From Candidatus Kaiserbacteria bacterium RIFCSPLOWO2_01_FULL_54_20 (GTDB lineage: Bacteria > Patescibacteriota > Minisyncoccia > Phycocordibacterales > UBA2100): a stretch of 36,881 nt of DNA. Below are positions 26,242 to 34,161 of the stretch, one piece after another. The notes beneath the pieces are model-generated. The model searched no databases. It saw only the letters and a program-made list of their open reading frames with translations, and had not been told where the DNA came from. The stretch lies in NCBI GenBank assembly GCA_001783355.1, contig MFMA01000027.1, forward strand, positions 12,000-48,880, written 5' to 3'. Position 1 is the first letter of the stretch, and each line of letters starts with the position of its first letter. A program made the translations under genes and the position numbers.

Positions 26242-27048
26242 CTATTTTGGCTCTTCTCTATACTGTGTATGGTCGACCGTTTTTAGTTCGGCGGCGCTTG
26301 ATCGATACCAATTAACCCCATTGTACCTCTCGTTGATCTTGGCGATCTCCGGTTTGTCCTTAAGCAATCGCAGGATATCATCTGTACCGAAATGTGGCTT
26401 ACCCTGAAGCTCTTCGTAAACACGCGAGATGAATTCCCAGTCTTCCGGATAATCGAGGGTCCACCGATGTGTCATGAACATATTGCCGCGTGGATTCTCG
26501 ACGTTGCCTATCCGAAACCGATTCGGTTGATCCCAGATGAAAGGGAACGTATGTTCACGTTCGTGCGGTTTTTTCGCTTCGCGCCACGCGACCTCCATAA
26601 CCCCGAATGTGCATCCTTCGACATCCAGTCCGTCTGGGAACGTCGGTGGATGGTAGTTGCTTACGTAATCGTATGTGTGCGGATCGTCGGTCCACAGGCC
26701 CAACACTTCATCGATGACCGCCGGGTCGGTCAGAGGACAGTCCGAGCCGATCTTAACGACAAAATCGGCCCCGAATATTTTCGCCGCCTGGTAGTGCCTG
26801 TCGAGAAGATCCAATTCGCTTCCTCGAAAGCATGGAACCGAATATTTCTTGCACAGCGTGTCGATCGCGTCATCTGTGGAACGTGTTGTCGTGATGACGA
26901 CGACGTTGTCGGGTAGCTTCGCCCGTTTGATGCGACCTATTTGGTGTACCAGGATCGGTTTATCCAGCACTTCTTTGAGTACTTTGCCTGGCAAGCGCGA
27001 TGAGCCTGTTCGCGCTTGAACGCATACCACGATAGCAGGCCTGTTCAT
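26242..27048 (-). CDS. SpsF-like cytidylyltransferase (CTP_transf_3 family)
   Basis: 268 aa. VCVQARTGSSRLPGKVLKEVLDKPIL N-terminal motif and the SpsF-type C-terminal extension (WTLDYPEDWEF). ATGA overlap with the upstream methyltransferase. Confidence 0.8.
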   Translation of the reverse strand: MNRPAIVVCVQARTGSSRLPGKVLKEVLDKPILVHQIGRIKRAKLPDNVVVITTTRSTDDAIDTLCKKYSVPCFRGSELDLLDRHYQAAKIFGADFVVKIGSDCPLTDPAVIDEVLGLWTDDPHTYDYVSNYHPPTFPDGLDVEGCTFGVMEVAWREAKKPHEREHTFPFIWDQPNRFRIGNVENPRGNMFMTHRWTLDYPEDWEFISRVYEELQGKPHFGTDDILRLLKDKPEIAKINERYNGVNWYRSSAAELKTVDHTQYREEPK

Positions 27049-28007
27049 GATCTCTTTTTTCCCACGAACACGAGGCTCTCACCGAGCCCGAGTTTTCCTA
27101 CCAGATCGCGATATTCGCGGTCAGTGCGTTCGATGAACGCATTCAATGCTTTTTCGGCCGATGTTTTCGCGTGGGGAACGAGCTGAGCGGTCATGCCTAG
27201 GTCAAAATTGCTCTGCGGCTTTTGCGCGGTTATCCAATGGATGTGGTTCATGAGCGTATAGCGCTGAACGGTTCGTATCTCACCTGCGAATCCGGCCTTA
27301 GACAATGCGCGTCGTAGCGTCGCTTTTGAGAAATATGAAAGATGAGGCTCACGGTAGTAGAAAGTTTCGTACCCTTTTGCGCCATACGCCACCAAAAGCA
27401 CGTCATCGATGTTCGGAAGCTCAAGATAAAGATGCCCGTTCGGTTTCAAGTGCTTTCCAAGATTTCGAAGAAACGTTATTGGGTCCTCAACATGTTCCAG
27501 GACTTGAAGTGCCGTAATGACGTCGAACGGTCCTTCCGGGATATGTAGAGTTTCAACGGGCTTGTCGTACACCGGAAAATCCAAGTTTTTTCGTACAAAC
27601 GCGACCTCCTCACTCGAAAGCTCAACTCCGACTCTTGTATTCACCCTGCCCTTGAGTGAGTGTAGGAAATGTCCGGTTGAACATCCGACATCTAGGATTT
27701 TTGTCCCGGACTTGAGCAGCGTGCCCATTGATTCGTGAATGAGGTGTTGATAGGGAAGATACATCTCGAATATCTCCTTTGGGGAACTTTTCTTAGCGAG
27801 GTTCGGCCCATGATGCTTCCTGTATTCTTTTCCCGCATAGAACTTCTTGCTGATGTGTGGTCGCTCGAGGTATACAAATCCGCAGTTGACGCACCTCAAA
27901 ACATTGCGTTTAATGTTGAAGCGGAGCCTGTCACGAACCAATATGGCGCGATTTCCGTGGCACACATAACACGTTGCTGCCAGCATCTTCTTTCTCATGA
28001 GACACAT
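27045..28007 (-). CDS. Class I SAM-dependent methyltransferase with an N-terminal Cys4 zinc-ribbon
   Basis: 320 aa. CYVCHG...CVNCGF ribbon, then ILDVGCSTGHFL motif I. The start at 28007 is favoured by CATAAT 6 nt upstream. Alternative ATGs lie at 27998 and 27986. Confidence 0.75.
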   Translation of the reverse strand: MCLMRKKMLAATCYVCHGNRAILVRDRLRFNIKRNVLRCVNCGFVYLERPHISKKFYAGKEYRKHHGPNLAKKSSPKEIFEMYLPYQHLIHESMGTLLKSGTKILDVGCSTGHFLHSLKGRVNTRVGVELSSEEVAFVRKNLDFPVYDKPVETLHIPEGPFDVITALQVLEHVEDPITFLRNLGKHLKPNGHLYLELPNIDDVLLVAYGAKGYETFYYREPHLSYFSKATLRRALSKAGFAGEIRTVQRYTLMNHIHWITAQKPQSNFDLGMTAQLVPHAKTSAEKALNAFIERTDREYRDLVGKLGLGESLVFVGKKRS

Positions 28008-28019
28008 ACTGTCATTATG
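28005..28019. promoter_or_regulatory. Back-to-back leaderless promoter/start module shared by two divergent genes
   Basis: The + strand reads CATACT-GTCATT-ATG (28017). The - strand reads CATAAT-GACAGT-ATG (28007). Each start codon lies inside the other gene's -10-like hexamer. The two ATGs are separated by 9 bp. Confidence 0.4.
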
Positions 28020-29534
28020 CGGTCAATTCTTCAAGGCATGAAAGGCTGTTTTATTTTGCAGCGCCGTTTCGCGTATGTTGGGCACGAAATCGTGCGGATA
28101 CTGAAAACCGAGCATGGTGTCAAAGAATTTTGCGCTTTCGTCACGACGAGGGTTAGTCTCAAGTATTTGTTGCAACAAAAAGATATTTCGTATTCCGCGC
28201 TTCTTCTCGACGAAGATGTACAGCGCAGATATCGGAACGAGGTTATCGATAGGGACTATCTCGCATGGCTGGAGAGCGAGTATGGGATCCCAAATCTCTG
28301 GCCATATATAAATGTCGATCGCGTGATCCGCTTCGGGCAACTCGTGCGCGAATACCCGCATGATGCCCCCAGCTACGATCATGAAGATATGTTAAAGATG
28401 CTTCAGTGCTACGCAAAAGCCATCATTGCTTTCTTAGACAGGGAAAAACCTGCGTTCCTTTTTTCGACCCCTCCCGGCGCAATGTGTACGGTCCTGCTTC
28501 ACCATATTGCAAAAAAGAGGGGAGTACAGACTCTGGTCATGGGTTTCCCCGGTATTCGCAATCGTGCCCTCGTTTCAGAGCGGTATGATCGATTCACGTT
28601 CGTTGAGTCATTAGTGAATAAACATCGTGAGCGGGCGATCAAAGACATCCCGCATTTTGAAGATGCAAGAAATTTTATCCGCGAGTTTCGAGAAAGGCCG
28701 CGTGTTTACTCAGAGATCCATGAGCCGGTACGCAGAAAATTCACGCGGCGTCAGTATTTCAATTTTCTATCCCCGATGAGGTTGGCTCGTATGTCTGGAT
28801 GGATCCTCGTGATGATCCATGAGTGGTGGGGAGATCCCGATGCTCGCGGAGATTATTCCACAATCCCTCCATGGAATTTTATTTTTGATGCGGTGAAACG
28901 AAAGATACGCAACCTGATCGGGTTCGACGATCTGTATGATGAATGGGATCCCTCTCTCCCATTCGTCTTCTATCCGCTACATTTGGAACCCGAATTAAAT
29001 CTTCTTCTTCTGGCTCGGTTCGATATCGAACAGCTCGGCGTTATCCGCCGCGTTGCGCAGTCCCTACCAGTCGGAATGAAGTTGGTCGTCAAGGAACATC
29101 CGCAGATGGTGTCACTTCGAACTCGTCGCTTTTATAAAGAGATAAAAAAAATTCCCAACACGGTTCTCATTCGTCCGGAGATATCAGGATTTGACGTGAT
29201 CGCGCGCGCCGCCCTTGTTGCGGTGATCTCGGGGACCGCAGGCTGGGAGGCGACGCTTTTTGGAAAGCCAGTCATAACGTTCGGCGAGATCTTCTATAAC
29301 GCATTGCCTTCGGTGACTCGTTCACGGATCCCGGAAGAGTTGCCGGCGCTCGTGAAGGACAGGCTAACACACGCTTCTTTTAATGAAGACGCACTTACCC
29401 GGTTCGTTGCCGCTATCTTTGAAGATTCTGTAGAAGCCGACATGCTCAATATCTGGGAACTGGGAGGAGGTCCAGACCGGAAAACACAAATATCCGCGTT
29501 CGCCTCACTTATTGCATCCAAAGTTTACGGCTGA
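28017..29534 (+). CDS. KpsS/KpsC-like (Capsule_synth-type) protein, paralog of 9973..11403
   Basis: The track ORF 27735..29534 was trimmed because its 5' part overlaps the divergent methyltransferase. The ATG at 28017 fits the hexamer-6-ATG geometry; an alternative ATG lies at 28038. Motifs: YPLHLEPE...VKEHPQM...ISGTAGWEATLFGKPVITFG. Confidence 0.5.
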   Translation: MRSILQGMKGCFILQRRFAYVGHEIVRILKTEHGVKEFCAFVTTRVSLKYLLQQKDISYSALLLDEDVQRRYRNEVIDRDYLAWLESEYGIPNLWPYINVDRVIRFGQLVREYPHDAPSYDHEDMLKMLQCYAKAIIAFLDREKPAFLFSTPPGAMCTVLLHHIAKKRGVQTLVMGFPGIRNRALVSERYDRFTFVESLVNKHRERAIKDIPHFEDARNFIREFRERPRVYSEIHEPVRRKFTRRQYFNFLSPMRLARMSGWILVMIHEWWGDPDARGDYSTIPPWNFIFDAVKRKIRNLIGFDDLYDEWDPSLPFVFYPLHLEPELNLLLLARFDIEQLGVIRRVAQSLPVGMKLVVKEHPQMVSLRTRRFYKEIKKIPNTVLIRPEISGFDVIARAALVAVISGTAGWEATLFGKPVITFGEIFYNALPSVTRSRIPEELPALVKDRLTHASFNEDALTRFVAAIFEDSVEADMLNIWELGGGPDRKTQISAFASLIASKVYG

Positions 29535-30569
29535 TCAAGAACGACGCCTGGTCGCTATCATTTCCAGATCTGCCCTTGTCATCATACGCACAAGTTCAGT
29601 GAAGGATAGTTCCGGTTTCCAGTTAAGCTCCTTTCGGGCCTTTGAGCTGTCTCCGCGAAGATCGTGGACCTCACGAGGCCGGTAGAATTTTTTGTCTATC
29701 TTTACAATGACATTCCCCGATCTATCCTTCCCAACCTCCTTCGTGCCCTTGCCACTCCACGACATCGTCATATCAAGTTCTGCCGCGGCAGCCTCAACAA
29801 AGTCTCGTACGGAGTGGGAAACCCCTGTCGCAATCACATAATCCCCCGGCTTTTTTTGCTGAAGCATCATGTGCATCGCTCGTACATAGTCACCCGCAAA
29901 TCCCCAATCTCGCCTCGCGTTGAGGTTTCCGAGTATGAGGCATTGCTGGAGACCCAATTTAATTTTGGCAAGTGAAATCGTTATTTTTCTCGTAACAAAA
30001 TGCTCGCCGCGCCTGGGGCTCTCATGATTGAAAAGGATTCCTGAGCAAATGAACATTCCGTACTTTTTTCTATAGCCCCTGACGTAATCTTCGTATGCCA
30101 TTAATTTTGCGACTCCATACGGCGATACAGGCGAGAATTTTGAGGTCTCATTTTGCGGTGGCCGCGTGTCCCCGAACATTTCCGACGTCGAAGCGTGGTA
30201 TATCTTTGCCTTGGGAACGATCGTCATCGCCTCGATCAGCAAGCGTCCGAGCCCGAAGTAGTTTACCTCCATGGTTTCCTCAGGGCATTTAAATGATATA
30301 CCAACGTCGGATTGCGCGGCGAGGTTATATATCTCATCTGGCTTAGACTCATTGAGCGCTCGCGCTATGGATGCGCTGTCGCGAAGATTCCCGTAGATCA
30401 ACCGGACATTGGGATGATGCGCTACGGTTTCGATACGCATCATGGGGTCAAGAGACGTCCGCCGGACAAGCCCGTATACTTCATAATTCTTCTTGAGCAG
30501 ATACTCTGCCAGGTAAGAACCGTCTTGGCCGGTTATGCCGGTGATCAGTGCGCGTTTCCTTTTTTTCAT
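29535..30569 (-). CDS. gmd: GDP-mannose 4,6-dehydratase
   Basis: 344 aa. ALITGITGQDGSYLAEYLL, STSEMFG, SPYGVAKL and LFNHESPRRG motifs are diagnostic. Its stop abuts the stop of the convergent gene (TGATCA at 29532-29537). Confidence 0.9.
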   Translation of the reverse strand: MKKRKRALITGITGQDGSYLAEYLLKKNYEVYGLVRRTSLDPMMRIETVAHHPNVRLIYGNLRDSASIARALNESKPDEIYNLAAQSDVGISFKCPEETMEVNYFGLGRLLIEAMTIVPKAKIYHASTSEMFGDTRPPQNETSKFSPVSPYGVAKLMAYEDYVRGYRKKYGMFICSGILFNHESPRRGEHFVTRKITISLAKIKLGLQQCLILGNLNARRDWGFAGDYVRAMHMMLQQKKPGDYVIATGVSHSVRDFVEAAAAELDMTMSWSGKGTKEVGKDRSGNVIVKIDKKFYRPREVHDLRGDSSKARKELNWKPELSFTELVRMMTRADLEMIATRRRS

Positions 30570-30626
30570 TCAGCCATCCTACAGCCTTAGCGGCGTTTTG
30601 CAATTTGCGCTCCTGTCGTTTTCCTG

Positions 30627-30632
30627 CATTAT
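30627..30632 (+). promoter_or_regulatory. -10-like hexamer CATTAT 6 nt upstream of the ATG at 30639 (leaderless geometry)
   Basis: The + strand reads CATTAT-GGCCAT-ATG. It contains the 10-mer ATGGCCATAT (30631-30640), also found at the 26202 start. On the other strand, TAGGAT (30576-30581) sits 6 nt upstream of the gmd ATG. Confidence 0.3.
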
Positions 30633-30638
30633 GGCCAT

Positions 30639-31436
30639 ATGACTCGCAAGAAAGCAGTATCAGTCGCAGTGTCGGGAGGGTTTGACCCGCTTCATATCGG
30701 GCATGTACGGATGTTCAGGGCCGCGCGAAAACTGGGCGATGCGCTTGTTGTCATCATGAACAACGACCACTGGCTCCGCGCGAAGAAAGGATTTATCTTC
30801 ATGCCGCAGAAGGAGCGCGCCGAGATAATCCGGCACCTGCCATTCGTTGATAAGGTCGTCTTCACCGACCACAAAAAAGGCGATACCGACAAAAGCGTCT
30901 CCCGCACGCTCGCGAAGGTACGACCTGATATTTTTGCGAATGGCGGTGACCGGTTCTCGAAGAATGTTCCTGAAGTCGCTGTGTGCAAAAAGCTCGGAAT
31001 AAAAATGGTCTTCAATGTGGGAAAGGGCGGCAAAGTGCAATCTTCTTCGTGGATGATCAATGCCTCGCGGAAGCCCGCATCGGAGACCGTGCGACCATGG
31101 GGTTCATACTTTGGATGGGACAGCGGGAAGGGATGGAATCTGAAAACGGTCTACGTAAAGCCTAGGAAACGATTAAGCCTCCAATATCATAAGGGGCGCA
31201 GCGAGCACTGGATATTGGTAGGGGGCGATGCGCTCGCAACGATCAAAAATCCTTCGGGTTTCATGGAAACGTACCCTCTGCGACTTGGCGAATCGTTCCA
31301 CATAGGGAAGGGAATGGTGCATCGCTTGGAGTCAAAAAAAGGTGGGGTCATTGTTGAGGTTGCACTAGGGCACTTTGACGAAAACGACATAGTCCGTTTG
31401 CAGGATGACTTTGGGCGCTCCGGAAAAAGGTCGTGA
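30639..31436 (+). CDS. Fusion of a HIGH-motif cytidylyl/adenylyltransferase-like domain (CTP_transf_like) with a type II phosphomannose-isomerase-like cupin domain
   Basis: 265 aa. N-terminal SGGFDPLHIGHVRMF (H-x-G-H). From aa ~150 (nt ~31086): RPWGSY...LSLQYHKGRSEHWILVGG...MVHRLE cupin motifs. Confidence 0.7.
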   Translation: MTRKKAVSVAVSGGFDPLHIGHVRMFRAARKLGDALVVIMNNDHWLRAKKGFIFMPQKERAEIIRHLPFVDKVVFTDHKKGDTDKSVSRTLAKVRPDIFANGGDRFSKNVPEVAVCKKLGIKMVFNVGKGGKVQSSSWMINASRKPASETVRPWGSYFGWDSGKGWNLKTVYVKPRKRLSLQYHKGRSEHWILVGGDALATIKNPSGFMETYPLRLGESFHIGKGMVHRLESKKGGVIVEVALGHFDENDIVRLQDDFGRSGKRS

Positions 31437-31451
31437 TATGATATTCGGAAT

Positions 31452-33656
31452 ATGGCTATAGAAAAAACCCTGCGTTTTATTGTCCTGGGCGGTATTTTCG
31501 CACTTCCGTTTATCGTCTTTCTCGTCGCGCAATCGCTCTTCTTCCCGTTCATCACCGGAAAGAACTTCACGTTTCGCATCGTCGTCGAGATCATCACCGG
31601 CGCGTATCTTGCGCTCGCGCTCGTGAACCCAAGCTTTAGGCCAAAGCGCTCGTGGCTCCTCGGCCTCTTCGCGCTCTTCGTGCTTGTGGTGGCGATGGCC
31701 GATGCTCTCGGAGTAGCGCCGTTCAAGAGCTTCTGGTCGAACTACGAGCGTATGGACGGGTGGGTGACGCTGGTGCACCTATTCTTCTACTTCCTCGTTG
31801 CCTCAAGCGTCTTGAACACGGAGAGGCTATGGCGCGCCTTTTGGCACATTTCTCTATCCGTATCCGCGGTAGTGGGCGTGTACGGGTTTCTGCAACTTGC
31901 CGGCATCGCGAGCCTCAACCCGGGATTTTCCTCGCTGTCCCGCATCGACGCCACGTTCGGAAATCCGATATACCTCGCCGCGTACATGCTTTTCAATATC
32001 GGCATCGCGGCGATGCTTTGGGCGCGCGCGTGGCAGGAGACCACACGGGGCGAGCGTTTCTGGTTGTCGACATTCTATGGGGGCGTGATCGCGCTCGACG
32101 CGCTTATTTTGTTCATGACAGGAACAAGGGGCGCGATGCTGGGGCTCATCGGCGGAGCGCTGCTCGCGGCCCTTCTCATGGCGTTCTCTTCCCGAACGAT
32201 GCGCCGAACCGCGCTCGCCGGCGTCGTAGCCGTTCTAGTTCTTGCCGGCGGTTTCTGGTTGGTGCGCGGGGAGGCGTGGGTCCAAAAAGTCCCGTTCCTG
32301 CAGCGTCTCGCGACGATATCGCTTGAGGACAACACGACCAAGGCGCGCTTCATGAACTGGGGCATGGCGTGGCAAGGAGTAAAGGAGCGGCCCATTCTTG
32401 GGTGGGGACAGGAGAATTATGCGATCGTCTTCGACAAGTACTACGACCCGCGCATGTATGCGCAGGAGCAGTGGTTCGATCGCGTGCACAATATCGTCTT
32501 CGACTGGCTCGTTGCGGCAGGTTTCGTCGGTCTCTTCTCATACCTTTCGATCATAGGTGCGGCTCTCCTATTGCTGTGGCGCAAGAGAGAGGCGAATGCC
32601 TTCTCCGTGGCCGAGAGCAGTATCCTTACCGGTCTCCTTGCCGCGTATTTCTTCCATAATCTTTTTGTGTTCGACAACATAACAAGTTACGTGCTTTTTG
32701 TGTCGGTCCTTGCATACATCGCGTGGCGCGGGAGCACCGGTGCGGCAACTCTCCCGATGCCGAGCGTCTCGCAAAAGGCCGTCGTGGCCGTCGCGATAGC
32801 GGCCGCCGTCCTCGTTTGGGGAGTCGCATGGTTCGTGAATGCAAAAGCGCTTAGCGCGAATCGTGCCCTGCTTAACGGACTTGCGCAGCAAGAGGGCGGT
32901 TTGCAGAAGAATCTGGAGTACTTCAAAGAATCTATTTCGTACGGGAGCCTCGGCACACAGGAAGCCCGCGAGCAGCTTGCACAAGCGGCCGCGCAGATAG
33001 TCCGGAGCGGAAATGTTCCCGCCGAAGTGAAGCAAAGTTTTCTTATCACAGCCGCTGAAGAAATGGCCAAGATGTCGGCGGAATCGCCGCTCGACGCTCG
33101 TTTCCCGCTGTTCCTCGGGGCTCTCCTCGGAGCCTCCGGAAACTTCGACCAAGCGATACCGGTACTGAAAAGAGCGCACGAGCTTAGTCCGGGAAAACAA
33201 ACCATCCTTTTTGAGCTCGCTTCAAATATGTTCGCGAGCGGTGATGTTCGCGGAGCTCTGGCCGCATATAAGCAGGCCTACGAACTCGAGCCCGGTTTCA
33301 ACGATGCGCGCATCGGGTATGCGTCTGCCGCAATACGGGCAAAAGAAGACGCGCTGGCCGACGAACTTCTCGCGCCGCTCCTTGAAAAAGGAGGAGCGGC
33401 AGATCCGAGGATCGCCGCCGCCTACGTTTCTCGCAACCGATATGACAAGGTAGCCAAGATCTGGGAAGCGCATATCAAGCTGAACCCGAATGATGCTCAA
33501 GCATACTTCACGCTTGCGGCCGCGTACTATGGAATGGGCAGTTCGGCACAAGCCATCTCTACGTTGGAAAAGATCGCCACTATCGCGCCGGGGGCAAAAG
33601 AGCAAGCGGACGCGCTCATACAGCAGATACGGAGCGGGACGGCGAAGTTGCAGTAG
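31452..33656 (+). CDS. Wzy_C / O-antigen-ligase-like polytopic membrane protein with a C-terminal TPR domain
   Basis: 734 aa. The N-terminal ~470 aa hold at least 10 TM segments, with TGTRGAMLGLIGG and HNIVFDWLVAAGFVG motifs of the O-antigen ligase/polymerase family. The C-terminal ~250 aa (nt ~32889-33653) are TPR-like repeats. Confidence 0.8.
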   Translation: MAIEKTLRFIVLGGIFALPFIVFLVAQSLFFPFITGKNFTFRIVVEIITGAYLALALVNPSFRPKRSWLLGLFALFVLVVAMADALGVAPFKSFWSNYERMDGWVTLVHLFFYFLVASSVLNTERLWRAFWHISLSVSAVVGVYGFLQLAGIASLNPGFSSLSRIDATFGNPIYLAAYMLFNIGIAAMLWARAWQETTRGERFWLSTFYGGVIALDALILFMTGTRGAMLGLIGGALLAALLMAFSSRTMRRTALAGVVAVLVLAGGFWLVRGEAWVQKVPFLQRLATISLEDNTTKARFMNWGMAWQGVKERPILGWGQENYAIVFDKYYDPRMYAQEQWFDRVHNIVFDWLVAAGFVGLFSYLSIIGAALLLLWRKREANAFSVAESSILTGLLAAYFFHNLFVFDNITSYVLFVSVLAYIAWRGSTGAATLPMPSVSQKAVVAVAIAAAVLVWGVAWFVNAKALSANRALLNGLAQQEGGLQKNLEYFKESISYGSLGTQEAREQLAQAAAQIVRSGNVPAEVKQSFLITAAEEMAKMSAESPLDARFPLFLGALLGASGNFDQAIPVLKRAHELSPGKQTILFELASNMFASGDVRGALAAYKQAYELEPGFNDARIGYASAAIRAKEDALADELLAPLLEKGGAADPRIAAAYVSRNRYDKVAKIWEAHIKLNPNDAQAYFTLAAAYYGMGSSAQAISTLEKIATIAPGAKEQADALIQQIRSGTAKLQ

Positions 33657-33851
33657 GGAGGGGCGCTTAACGCTGTGTACACTTCTCGGGCACGAGTCCC
33701 GGCCTGCTGGCCGGGCTCTCCCGCTCGCGCCGACGCGCTCCGCAAGTCCCTCGAAGCGCACACAGCGTTTCGCTTGAGAAGTTGAGAAAAAGCGGAGACT
33801 CCAAAGCACTCACACCTGCTCGCTTGAGTATGAGAGAGGGTATATAATGCC

Positions 33852-33869
33852 CGCGTGAGTGCCATAATG
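33852..33869 (+). repeat. 18-nt box, copy A: CGCGTGAGTGCCATAATG (contains an extended -10-like TGcCATAAT)
   Basis: 16/18 identical to 34162-34179. A perfect TATAAT also lies at 33843-33848. Confidence 0.6.
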
Positions 33870-33895
33870 TGTGGCCTTTCAAGAAAGTCGCGTAG

Positions 33896-33925
33896 ATCCC
33901 GCCTTCGGCGGGATTTGCGTTTGTA
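33896..33925 (+). terminator. GC-rich hairpin followed by an interrupted T-tract (weak intrinsic terminator candidate)
   Basis: ATCCCGCC-ttc-GGCGGGAT (33896-33914), then TTGCGTTTGT. Confidence 0.3.
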
Positions 33926-33941
33926 TACCTGTCCCGAGCGT

Positions 33942-34000
33942 AGCTCGCACCCGCCCTCCGTAAAATAAAAAAGGCACACTGCGGAGGACGGGTGCGAGCT
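33942..34000. repeat. Long inverted repeat (19-nt arms, one C/A mismatch, 21-nt A-rich loop)
   Basis: AGCTCGCACCCGCCCTCCG (33942-33960) pairs with CGGAGGACGGGTGCGAGCT (33982-34000). The right arm can alternatively pair with 34030-34044. Confidence 0.7.
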
Positions 34001-34161
34001 CCAAAGTAGAAAGTCTAATGTGAGTGCCGCCGCCCTCCGCAGTGAGTCCTTCTATTTGGAATACTAACACAAGAATATCTGCTCGCTAATAATATTTTAT
34101 TTCTTGGTTTTACTTTCTCTAAAGTTATCCACACGTACAGTGCAAAAAACGTTTGTACTCA

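Noticed and set aside
27735-28016. 5' extension of the second KpsS-like ORF
   Set aside because: It overlaps the divergent methyltransferase coding sequence. Homology to the paralog begins only after 28017/28038.
31187-33809. Multiple 60-220-aa ORFs in other frames and strands across the cupin and Wzy_C-TPR genes
   Set aside because: All are nested within or antisense to strongly supported CDSs and are Arg/Ala/Pro-rich shadows.
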